This document shows, one piece after another, positions 36,723 to 45,324 of a DNA stretch of 61,105 bases. Below the pieces are notes generated by a model. The model saw only the letters and a program-made list of their open reading frames with translations. It was not told where the DNA came from and made no database searches. The position numbers and the translations under genes were made by a program. Source of the DNA: a virus. Its lineage: Duplodnaviria > Caudoviricetes. How positions within the stretch are numbered: the stretch's first letter is position 1; every line of letters starts with the position of its first letter. Where the stretch lies: the IMG/VR virus record IMGVR_UViG_3300025771_000029, positions 1 to 61,105 of that record; one strand, written 5' to 3'.

Positions 36723-38885
36723 ATGGCTACCTATAAAGCTGTGGAGAAGATGACACCCGCCGAACAGCAGGAGGTCTCGTCTAAACAGTGGGATCGTTAC
36801 GTTCGCGCCCGTGATAACGGCCACCTTGAATACGTTGAGATGGCTAAGAAGTGCGATGCCTTCTATCGCGGGGACCAGTGGGATGAGTCGGATGTAGCTG
36901 CACTAGATGCAGAGGGTCGGCCCGCTTTGACTATTAATACGGTGCTGCCGACTGTAAACACGGTGCTTGGCGAACAGTCCACGCGGCGTGCAGATGTGCA
37001 GTTCAAACCGCGCCGTGGCGGCGACGAAGCGGTCGCGCACACGCTGACAAAGTTGTACATGCAGATCGCTGACAACAACAAGCTCGACTGGGTTGAGCAG
37101 CAGGTCTTCAGCGACGGTTTGATCCTAGACGGGCGCGGCTACTTCGACGTTCGTATTGATTTCAGCGACCACGTCGAAGGTGAGATCCGCATCACCGCCA
37201 AAGATCCGCTCGACATTCTTATTGATCCCGACGCCAAAGAGTCTGACCCCAAGACGTGGAACGAAGTCTTCGAAACGAAGTGGATGACGCTGGATGAGAT
37301 CGAAGAACTCTACGGTAAGAAGAAAGCGGAAGAGCTGCGTTTCATCGCCGAGAACGGTAACGGCTACGGGCGGGATTCAATTGAGTACGAGGAGAATCGC
37401 TATGGCGATCTCGATAGTACTGACGATTATCTAGGGGCTGGTATTCCCGGCGACGATGAATATCGCAACGTGCGGGCGCTTCGGGTCATCGAAAGACAGC
37501 ACAAACGAATGACCCGTGTGATGTGCTTCGTGGACCCTGAAACAGGCGACACGAGAGATGTACCAGAACCATGGTCCGAGGCAAAGGCCAAGAAGTTTGC
37601 CAAGCAGTACAGCTTAAACCTAATCCGAAAAGTTAAACGAAAAGTCCGATGGACAGTGACATGCGACAAAATAGTACTTCATGACGACTGGTCTCCTTAT
37701 AACGATTTTACCATTGTGCCTTACTTTGCTTATTTTAGGCGCGGTAGACCTTTCGGTATGGTGCGTAACCTCCTTTCGCCGCAGGAACAGCTAAACAAAA
37801 TAGCCAGCCAAGAGCTGCATATCGTTAATACCACAGCTAATAGTGGCTGGATGGTAGAAAGCGGATCGCTGGTGGGTATGTCAGCCGATGACTTGGAAGA
37901 GCACGGCGCTGAGACCGGTCTGGTACTTGAGTACAACCGTGGCTCTACACCGCCCGTGAAGATACAGCCAAACCAGATCCCTACTGGTCTGGATCGTATC
38001 AGCCAGAAAGCGGCGCTAAATATTAAAGCTATTAGTGGTATCAACGATTCGATGTTGGGCACCGACAGTGCCGAGGTATCGGGCGTTGCTATTCAGGCCA
38101 AGCAGAACCGTGGCGCGATAATGATCCAAGTGCCGCTGGACAACCTGCGTAAGACTCGACAGTACCTCGCCGAGAAGATTTTAGACTTGGTGCAGACGTT
38201 CTACACAGAGCGGCGCGTCATCATGATCACCAACGAAGAAGACCCGCTTAAACCACGCGAGCCGATGGTCATCAACGAGATGACACCCGAAGGGCAGATC
38301 ATTAATGACCTGACTATCGGTGAGTACGACGTAGTTATCTCCACCGCGCCCGCGCGCGACTCGTTTGATGAGGTGCAGTTTGCCGAGGCGCTTAACTTGC
38401 GTCAGGTTGGGGTCGCCATCCCAGACGACGCCATTATTGAATACTCGCATCTGGCGAGAAAGCAGGAGCTTGCGAAGCGCATCCGTGTACTCACCGGTCA
38501 GGAACCACCGACACCGGAGCAGGCGGAAGTTATGGCGATGCAGCAGCAGATGGCTATGCAGCAGTTGCAGCTTGAGATTGCCAAGCTCGAAGCGGAAGTC
38601 CGTAAGTTGCAGTCCGACGCGGCGGTCAACATCGCCAAGGTACAGGATATGACTGACGTACAGCCGCAGCTGCGCCTCACCGAGCTGCAAAGTCAGATTG
38701 ACACCAAGATGGAAGAACTCCAGTTGCGTCGTGATCTGGCGGATCTTACGAATCAGACGCGTCAGTCCCAGGCGGAGACTAATGCTGCAACACGAATCGC
38801 TGCAACGGCGATGCAGACCGCTGCTAAGAAGCAGTCTGCAAGGCCGGGGCCGGTAAACATCCCTAACTCGCCTAACAATCAATAG
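36723..38885 (+). CDS. Portal protein (P22/N4-like)
   Basis: FY.GDQW, RPALTIN, PQ...NK..S and YDVV motifs; C-terminal coiled-coil. Confidence 0.9.
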   Translation: MATYKAVEKMTPAEQQEVSSKQWDRYVRARDNGHLEYVEMAKKCDAFYRGDQWDESDVAALDAEGRPALTINTVLPTVNTVLGEQSTRRADVQFKPRRGGDEAVAHTLTKLYMQIADNNKLDWVEQQVFSDGLILDGRGYFDVRIDFSDHVEGEIRITAKDPLDILIDPDAKESDPKTWNEVFETKWMTLDEIEELYGKKKAEELRFIAENGNGYGRDSIEYEENRYGDLDSTDDYLGAGIPGDDEYRNVRALRVIERQHKRMTRVMCFVDPETGDTRDVPEPWSEAKAKKFAKQYSLNLIRKVKRKVRWTVTCDKIVLHDDWSPYNDFTIVPYFAYFRRGRPFGMVRNLLSPQEQLNKIASQELHIVNTTANSGWMVESGSLVGMSADDLEEHGAETGLVLEYNRGSTPPVKIQPNQIPTGLDRISQKAALNIKAISGINDSMLGTDSAEVSGVAIQAKQNRGAIMIQVPLDNLRKTRQYLAEKILDLVQTFYTERRVIMITNEEDPLKPREPMVINEMTPEGQIINDLTIGEYDVVISTAPARDSFDEVQFAEALNLRQVGVAIPDDAIIEYSHLARKQELAKRIRVLTGQEPPTPEQAEVMAMQQQMAMQQLQLEIAKLEAEVRKLQSDAAVNIAKVQDMTDVQPQLRLTELQSQIDTKMEELQLRRDLADLTNQTRQSQAETNAATRIAATAMQTAAKKQSARPGPVNIPNSPNNQ

Positions 38886-38896
38886 GAGATTGCAAA

Positions 38897-39910
38897 ATGG
38901 CTAAGAAAGAAACCCCTGAAGAGCAGTTTGATACGGTATTTGACGTAATGCCCGGTGCAGAGCGCGATACTGAAGAAGTCGAAGCAGTAGATATGAACTT
39001 TGGGCTGGGCGAAGAGGAGCCAGAACCCGAAGAACCCGAAACCGAGGAGCAGGAGGAGCCGGTTGCGGAGGCTGAAACGCCTGAAGAAGAGCAGGAGGAA
39101 GAGGAGGTAGTTGCCGAAGAGACCGAAGAACCGGTCGCAGAGGCTGAATCTGAGCCAGAACCCGAGCCAGAACCCGAGAAAAAAGAGCACATGGTCCCTA
39201 AATCTCGGCTGGACGAGGTGTTGCAGAAGCAGAAAGCCCTGCAAAAGCAGTTGGAGGACATGAAAAAAGCGCAGGAACCCCCTGCAAACGCGCCTGATCC
39301 TTACGATTTTGACTCAAAAGAGCGCGAGTACATGAATTTGGTGCTCGATGGCAAGGAAGCAGACGCGGTCAAGCTCCGCCAAGAGATCCGAAACGCCGAA
39401 AAAGCGCAGCTTGAGTTCGATATGAACGAAAAAATGCAGCAGACCGTGCAGCACAACGCACAAGCTACAGCGTTACAAGCGGCTGCAAACGAGTTAGAGG
39501 CGCAGTTTCCGGTATTTGACCAGAATTCTGAGGCTTATAACGAGGGTTACACGCAGGAAGTCATCGGTTTGCGTGACGCGTTCATCATGCAGGGCTACGA
39601 CGCGGTAGATGCGTTGACTAAAGCGGCAAATTTCGTCATTAAAACAAACGATTTGGCCGCTCCAGAGCCTACAAGTAGCACTTTGGATGCACGAACTGCG
39701 CCGAAACAGAAGCCTGTGGACGAAGTTGCAAAAAAGCGGGCTGAAGTGAGCAAAAAACTGAAGGCTGCAGAGTCACAGCCGCCCGAATTACCCGGTGAGA
39801 GTTCTGCCGCGCGGGGCGAAAGGGCCGTGGACGTATCCACCATGTCTGAGGACGAGTTTAACGCTCTGCCAGACGCCACAATCAAACGATTACGAGGGGA
39901 TATTTTGTAA
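38897..39910 (+). CDS. Capsid scaffolding protein
   Basis: Acidic N-terminus, VPKSRLDEV, C-terminal MSEDEF.ALP...RLRGD; lies between portal and capsid. Confidence 0.8.
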   Translation: MAKKETPEEQFDTVFDVMPGAERDTEEVEAVDMNFGLGEEEPEPEEPETEEQEEPVAEAETPEEEQEEEEVVAEETEEPVAEAESEPEPEPEPEKKEHMVPKSRLDEVLQKQKALQKQLEDMKKAQEPPANAPDPYDFDSKEREYMNLVLDGKEADAVKLRQEIRNAEKAQLEFDMNEKMQQTVQHNAQATALQAAANELEAQFPVFDQNSEAYNEGYTQEVIGLRDAFIMQGYDAVDALTKAANFVIKTNDLAAPEPTSSTLDARTAPKQKPVDEVAKKRAEVSKKLKAAESQPPELPGESSAARGERAVDVSTMSEDEFNALPDATIKRLRGDIL

Positions 39911-40221
39911 TGGCTGAGAAAAAAGACTCCCGGCTCGCGAGGGCGGGTGTGTCTGGGTACAACAAACCCAAACGCACTCCGTCTCATCCCACTAAGTCAC
40001 ACATTGTTGTGGCTAAGTGTGGTGGCAAGGTCAAAACCATACGTTTTGGTCAGCAGGGGGTCAAAACCAACCAGACGGTTGGGCAGCGCAAGGCGTTTAA
40101 GTCGCGCCACGCTAAGAACATAGCCAAAGGTTGCCTTTCAGCGGCTTACTGGGCTGACAAGGTGAAGTGGTCGCCCAGTAAGACGAAGTCGTCATCAACC
40201 AAGTGGAAGAAAGGGAGTTAG
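39910..40221 (+). CDS. Highly basic phage protein
   Basis: GYNKPKRTP.HP.KSH, RFGQQG, F..RH and AAYWA.K.KW motifs. Confidence 0.7.
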   Translation: MAEKKDSRLARAGVSGYNKPKRTPSHPTKSHIVVAKCGGKVKTIRFGQQGVKTNQTVGQRKAFKSRHAKNIAKGCLSAAYWADKVKWSPSKTKSSSTKWKKGS

Positions 40222-40223
40222 TT

Positions 40224-40313
40224 ATGCACGACGGAAAACCATGCAGCGCAAAGCGCGGCAAGAAGAAAGCCTCGACTAAGAAGAAAGCGAAGGCTAAAAA
40301 AACGGCAAAGTAG
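40224..40313 (+). CDS. Lys-rich micro-protein (29 aa, not in the ORF track)
   Basis: MHDGKPCSAKRGKKKASTKKKAKAKKTAK; RBS GGGAG. Confidence 0.5.
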   Translation: MHDGKPCSAKRGKKKASTKKKAKAKKTAK

Positions 40314-40322
40314 CGTTAGGTC

Positions 40323-40351
40323 TTGCGCTTAAATATTACCGGCGCTAATAT
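40323..40351 (+). promoter_or_regulatory. Capsid promoter TTGCGC-17-TAATAT with operator at 40334-40350
   Basis: TATTACC-GGC-GCTAATA overlaps the spacer and the -10 box. Confidence 0.8.
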
Positions 40352-40357
40352 ATAGTT

Positions 40358-40564
40358 AAGATTCGTATGCCTAAACGATAGAAGGCCGTGTCGTACACGT
40401 TAAAACCGACCTCCGCCTGCACAGGCGTTAAACCTGCCGAGGTCGCGCCTCGCTAATAAGCGCTAGTTCGTCGCCTCACGATACGGGGAAACGGATTAGC
40501 CGCTCCATAAGTCGGCTATGAGTGGGCGTATGCCCGTCGTATTTATCGCAAAAGGAGGCCTATC
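40358..40564 (+). ncRNA. Structured capsid 5' leader with tandem pseudoknots
   Basis: Five adjacent S1/S2 units with compensatory differences (see findings). Confidence 0.6.
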
Positions 40565-41710
40565 ATGGCTTTAACTAATTTTGCGGCGCTGACTACTGAA
40601 CAGTTAACAGCATGGAGCCGCGATTTTTGGCGTGTTGCTCGCAACGCATCTTTCATTAACCAGTTCGCCGGTAGTGGCTCTAACGCCATGGTCCAGCGAG
40701 TCACTGAACTCACCAAGTCTGAGAAGGGCACCCGCGCTGTATTGACCTTGCTCGCCGACATGACCGGAGACGGTATCACTGGTGACAACACTCTGGAAGG
40801 TAATGAAGAAGCTCTCAGAAGCTACGACATTACTATTCAGCTTGATCAGCTGCGTTTCGCGAACCGAATCGCTGGCCGACTGGCTGACCAGAAGTCTGTC
40901 GTCAACTTCCGTGAGACCTCTCGCGACATGCTGGCGTATGCCATGGCTGACCGCATGGACCAGCTAGGGTTCTTGACGCTGTCTGGTGTTGCTTACACGC
41001 ACAAGACGAATGGTGGTCTGCGCCCCACTTCAGCATCCGCTGGGCATGAGTTGGTAGACCTAGAGTACGCGTCTGATGTATCTGCGCCTACTGCTAATCG
41101 TCACCGCCGTATTTCAGGTAACGACATCGTTGCTGGAGATACCACGGCTGTAACGGCTACCGACAAGCTGGGCTATCGCCACATTGTAGAGTTGAAGGCT
41201 TACGCCAAAGACAACTACATCCGTGGTCTGCGAGGTCAGGGCAATCAGGAGCTGTTCCACCTGTTTGTCACTCCGCAGCAGATGGCTAACTTGAAGCTTG
41301 ACGCTGACTTCCTCGCTAACGTTCGTAACGCTGGCGTTCGTGGTCCTAACAACGAGCTGTTCTCAGGCTCTGCTTCACTGATGGTTGATGGTGTGATGGT
41401 CCATGAGTTCCGCCACGTCTTCTCAACCGAAGGTGCGACGACCGGTACTTCCGGTAACGCTGGTGCCGCTGGCTATAAGTGGGGTGCTGACGCTGACGTA
41501 GTTGGTGCACGCGCGCTGTTCTGTGGTGCTCAAGCGCTCGCCATGGCTGACATCGGTCTCCCAGAGATCGTAGAAGATACTTTCGATTACGAGAACCAAG
41601 CTGGTATCTCAATCGGCAAGATCTTCGGCCTGCGTAAGCCTAAGTACAACAGCGACTACAACGGCTCTGTTGAAGACTTCGGAGTTATCTGTCTCGACAC
41701 TGCTCAGTAA
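40565..41710 (+). CDS. Major capsid protein (N4-gp56/DUF4043-like)
   Basis: ELTKS.KG, GD.TLEGNEE.L and I..DQLR.A motifs; strong RBS; terminator downstream. Confidence 0.9.
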   Translation: MALTNFAALTTEQLTAWSRDFWRVARNASFINQFAGSGSNAMVQRVTELTKSEKGTRAVLTLLADMTGDGITGDNTLEGNEEALRSYDITIQLDQLRFANRIAGRLADQKSVVNFRETSRDMLAYAMADRMDQLGFLTLSGVAYTHKTNGGLRPTSASAGHELVDLEYASDVSAPTANRHRRISGNDIVAGDTTAVTATDKLGYRHIVELKAYAKDNYIRGLRGQGNQELFHLFVTPQQMANLKLDADFLANVRNAGVRGPNNELFSGSASLMVDGVMVHEFRHVFSTEGATTGTSGNAGAAGYKWGADADVVGARALFCGAQALAMADIGLPEIVEDTFDYENQAGISIGKIFGLRKPKYNSDYNGSVEDFGVICLDTAQ

Positions 41711-41718
41711 ACCTGATC

Positions 41719-41742
41719 ACCCCCTCTTCGGAGGGGGTTTTT
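41719..41742 (+). terminator. Rho-independent terminator after the capsid gene
   Basis: ACCCCCTC-TTCG-GAGGGGGT-TTTT. Confidence 0.9.
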
Positions 41743-41755
41743 CTTTAAGGATTAA

Positions 41756-42118
41756 GTGATGAAAGTGATTTCCGACAAAGATTTACGAGTGACGACGCTA
41801 GGTGGTACGGCGGTGTTACTCCAAGCCGGGGTTCCACGAGAACTCGGAGACGACATAGGCCTGAAGGCCATAACCATGGGTGCAAGACGTGCAGATGAGC
41901 CTTTAGTCACCCATGAAGTCGTGATCGATGAACCATTAATCACGAAGGATGAAGAGGAAGCATTAGTCGGAGTCATGAATGATCTGATCGATTCAGCTGA
42001 CCCTGACAACTTTAAATCAGACGGCACTCCGAAAGCGGCTGTCGTAAATAAAGCAGCCGGTAGGACAGTCCCACCGGAAGAGCGCGAACAGGCTTGGGAA
42101 CAAGCGCTTAATTCTTAA
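41756..42118 (+). CDS. Hypothetical virion-associated protein
   Basis: 120 aa after the capsid gene; F..DG.PK...V motif. Confidence 0.6.
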   Translation: MMKVISDKDLRVTTLGGTAVLLQAGVPRELGDDIGLKAITMGARRADEPLVTHEVVIDEPLITKDEEEALVGVMNDLIDSADPDNFKSDGTPKAAVVNKAAGRTVPPEEREQAWEQALNS

Positions 42119-42130
42119 CGAGGAAAGATA

Positions 42131-42844
42131 ATGGCCGTTTCAGTAGCAAGTGTTATCGATAGAGTTCAAGTTACCTTGCAGGATACAACTGGTATCCGGT
42201 GGCCCGAAACGTCCGAGCTCATTCTTTGGGTGAACGACGCGCAGCGTGAAATAGCGCTGCTAAAGCCCGACGCATCTGCCACTAATGACACGATTACGCT
42301 TGTCACTGGAACAAAGCAGTCGATCCCAAGCGCGGGGAACCGGCTGTTGCGCGTGGTACGTAACATGTCTGCTGCGAGCGGGGGTACTGGAAAGCGTTCT
42401 ATTCGGTTAGTTTCGCGCGAGATTCTTGATGCTCAGACACCTGATTGGCACGACCCGACTGTATCAGGCGATGCAGCACATGGATCTGTCGTCAAACACT
42501 ACATGTACGACGAGCAAGACCCACGTAATTTTTATGTGTACCCCGGCGTAAGTGGGAGTGCTTATATAGAAATTGTCTATTCTGCTAATCCAACTACTGT
42601 CACCGCAAGCGACAATCTGTCTATCCCAGATATTTATGCCAATGCGGTTATGAACTACGTGCTGTATATGGCTTACATGAAGGACGCGGAATACGCAGGT
42701 AACAGCCAGCGTGCCGCGAATCATTTCCAGCTATTTACAGCGTCTGTAACAGGCAAAGCGCAGGTTGATCTCATCACAACGCCGAACGCCGAGTCACGTT
42801 CAAATCCTAATCTGACTGCCGGTGGGCAGATGATGGCTCAGTAA
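42131..42844 (+). CDS. Head-tail adaptor protein
   Basis: LQD....RW...EL..WVNDAQREI...KPD; FYVYP. Confidence 0.7.
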   Translation: MAVSVASVIDRVQVTLQDTTGIRWPETSELILWVNDAQREIALLKPDASATNDTITLVTGTKQSIPSAGNRLLRVVRNMSAASGGTGKRSIRLVSREILDAQTPDWHDPTVSGDAAHGSVVKHYMYDEQDPRNFYVYPGVSGSAYIEIVYSANPTTVTASDNLSIPDIYANAVMNYVLYMAYMKDAEYAGNSQRAANHFQLFTASVTGKAQVDLITTPNAESRSNPNLTAGGQMMAQ

Positions 42845-43534
42845 ATGGCGATACTTTACGAATCGTTACTCCCCGAGGTCATCCCTATGGTGCCGGGGTG
42901 CCCCGATACGCTAATCGAAAGCAATATTCGAGCGGCGGTGATAGAGCTGTGTGAAAAGGCGGGGGTATATCAGGCTGAACTTGACCCAGTGACTACTGTA
43001 GCGGGGCTGTACGAGTACGACCTTGAACCCCCCGCGAACACGGTAGTAGAAAAGGTTCTGTGGGTAGTACACAAGGGCAAGGATCTAGAGCCGATATCTA
43101 CTGGTCTCTTGGAGCAACGTAAACCCAGCTGGCGGGATGCGGATAAGCGCGGCGAGCCCGAGTATTTCGTGAAGCCCTCGCAGGCGCTGTTTTGGCTAGT
43201 GCCTGTCCCAGACGAAACCATTGTATCTAGCACTGTGCTCCGTGTGCAGCTGAAGCCAACGCATACTTCGACAGCATGCGAAAACGAGATCATGGACGAC
43301 TACCGAGACACCATTATCAATGGAGCGCTGTTCCGTTTGCTTCGTCTGCCAAGCAAAGAGTGGACGGACTACGCGGGCGCGCAGGTGTACGGCAGTTTGT
43401 TCCAGCAAGGCATCAAAGATGCTGAAACAAAAGCGCGACATGGCGACATGCCTATCGCAAGGAAGGTCCGGTACGGAGGAGTTCACCGGTCCTATGGTCT
43501 TTCTAGGAAGAAGTATGGACGAGAAATCGCGTGA
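42845..43534 (+). CDS. Adaptor/tail tubular protein
   Basis: VPGCP...IR.A.IE.C; I..GAL.RL...P.K.W. Confidence 0.6.
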   Translation: MAILYESLLPEVIPMVPGCPDTLIESNIRAAVIELCEKAGVYQAELDPVTTVAGLYEYDLEPPANTVVEKVLWVVHKGKDLEPISTGLLEQRKPSWRDADKRGEPEYFVKPSQALFWLVPVPDETIVSSTVLRVQLKPTHTSTACENEIMDDYRDTIINGALFRLLRLPSKEWTDYAGAQVYGSLFQQGIKDAETKARHGDMPIARKVRYGGVHRSYGLSRKKYGREIA

Positions 43535-43943
43535 CCCAGTTATTGCAGATATTCGCGAGCATTGGGGTTGGGTTAGGCCGGGGCTTGAAGAGATTCTTAA
43601 TGAAGATCCCTTTATTGATGTCATCCCCGAAGACGTTTTTACGGCATGCAAAACAGAGTCTGCACATCTGTGGGTTACAGATGATGGGTTTGTGGTAACG
43701 ACGGGGTTGACTGACCCTTACAGCGGTAAACGAACATTGCTGATTTGGTTCGCTTGGGCAAAAAAGAAAGGCATGAACATAGCGGCACAGTGCGTAGGGT
43801 TTTTTGAGCAAGTTGCTTACGACGCGGGTTTTAGTTCTATCGAAGTAAGAACCCGCCACGAGCAACTAGGTGAGTACATAGAACAGTCTGTTGGTTGGGA
43901 AAAAGAGACAGTTGTCTACAGAAGAGATTTGAGAAATGGGTAG
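43515..43943 (+). CDS. Putative GNAT-like head/tail assembly protein
   Basis: W.WV.PGL...LLIW.AW pattern; precedes the ejection proteins; start at MDEKSR. Confidence 0.45.
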   Translation: MDEKSRDPVIADIREHWGWVRPGLEEILNEDPFIDVIPEDVFTACKTESAHLWVTDDGFVVTTGLTDPYSGKRTLLIWFAWAKKKGMNIAAQCVGFFEQVAYDAGFSSIEVRTRHEQLGEYIEQSVGWEKETVVYRRDLRNG

Positions 43944-44571
43944 TACACCAAGTCAATCCGATTACAAACCAAGCGAAGCTGACAAGGCGAACGCATCGGT
44001 TGCCATGGCTGAGTATCGGTTCTTCAAGCAGAACTATGACCCACTTCTGCAGCAGATGCGCGACAAGTCTATGAACGAGGACTTTTCAGCAACGCTGCGG
44101 GGCCGTGCTAATGCCGACACGATGCAAGCGTTAACGCCGTCTGGCTACAGAAGTACCCAGATGAGTGATTTACCTAGCGATATAAACACGGCGTTGCAAG
44201 GACAGCTGCAAGGAGCCAGCGCCGCCGGTAAAGAGATCCAGAATACGATGCAGACTAACGTACTTGGTACAGCGCGCGGACAGGCTGCGGACGCACAAAC
44301 AGGCATGGCGCAAGCAGCGCGGTTAGGCACATCTGAAGCGCTTGCTAGAGCGCAAGCTAAGCAGACCGAAAAAGACGCGTTGTACGGAGCCGCTGCCCAA
44401 TTAATTACATCTGCTGCGCTGCAGGGCTTTGACAATATGCAGACGAGCGGCACAAAAGTAAATATGGGTCCGTCTACCAAGGTTCAGGGCTCGTTCTTCA
44501 CGCCAGTTGATAAGCAAGGCAAGCCGATCACAGGGTTTAAAAACAGGTTCACTTACGGGACGGGTGGCTAA
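43936..44571 (+). CDS. Internal virion/ejection protein
   Basis: Ala/Gln/Gly-rich helical protein in podovirus synteny. Confidence 0.55.
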   Translation: MGSTPSQSDYKPSEADKANASVAMAEYRFFKQNYDPLLQQMRDKSMNEDFSATLRGRANADTMQALTPSGYRSTQMSDLPSDINTALQGQLQGASAAGKEIQNTMQTNVLGTARGQAADAQTGMAQAARLGTSEALARAQAKQTEKDALYGAAAQLITSAALQGFDNMQTSGTKVNMGPSTKVQGSFFTPVDKQGKPITGFKNRFTYGTGG

Positions 44572-45317
44572 TGATTAGTTTAGGCAATCTAGGCAATATA
44601 GATGCTGCGCGCGTAAGAGCGATTCAAGACTCATACATGACGGGCGCTGTAGATCCAGAGGATGGGGGGATTGGTGCTGGCGCTGCTGGGGTAACTGGGA
44701 CTACTGCCGGAACGACCGCAGGCGCCGCAACAGGCGGCGGGACAGGGTATACCGGCCCACGCGGTGGATACCCCGGTATTTACAACACCGGCAATAATCT
44801 GCCAGCTGTTTCTGATCCCGACAAGGCTTACGCTGATCTGACTCGGCAAGAGTATCTCGACTACATCACGAACTACCGTGATTTTGAGCTTGACCTGATT
44901 AATAAAGCGACGACGGACACGAGCCTGATTGATCAAGCGAGAGAGGACCGCGAGAAAGCTTCGGCGCTTACTGCAGGCATGGCTGAACGAAATCGTAGTC
45001 GGTACGGGGCGGCGTTGACACCCGTGCAGCAACAGCAGCAGGACCGGCGGCTGCAGTTAGGTAACACCCTGGGGGGTATACAGGCGGTGAGCGACGCCAA
45101 AATTGCTCAGCGAGAGTCGAATACGCGGCTGTTGTCTGACTTGATAAATATCGGGCAGGGCGTAAACCGCTCCAGTCAGCAGCAGCTTGCGACATCTGCT
45201 GCTAACAAGGTGCAGTTAGATAACGCATACCGTCAGGCCAAAGCGAATTCCCGAGCACAAACCTACAGCACCCTAGGCACTTTGGGCGCTATGGCAATTT
45301 TTGCGTTCGCGTTTTAA
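44571..45317 (+). CDS. Internal virion/ejection protein
   Basis: Gly-rich N-terminus, helical body, hydrophobic C-terminus. Confidence 0.55.
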   Translation: MISLGNLGNIDAARVRAIQDSYMTGAVDPEDGGIGAGAAGVTGTTAGTTAGAATGGGTGYTGPRGGYPGIYNTGNNLPAVSDPDKAYADLTRQEYLDYITNYRDFELDLINKATTDTSLIDQAREDREKASALTAGMAERNRSRYGAALTPVQQQQQDRRLQLGNTLGGIQAVSDAKIAQRESNTRLLSDLINIGQGVNRSSQQQLATSAANKVQLDNAYRQAKANSRAQTYSTLGTLGAMAIFAFAF

Positions 45318-45324
45318 GGGGTAA

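Noticed and set aside
38990-39185. Glu/Pro-rich repeats as a separate repeat element
   Set aside because: Explained by the low-complexity acidic region of the scaffold protein
40387-40463. preQ1-I riboswitch or pistol ribozyme in the capsid leader
   Set aside because: It shares only the stem-UUAAA pseudoknot scaffold; loops are too short, pistol P2/P3 are absent and the gene context is unrelated to queuosine
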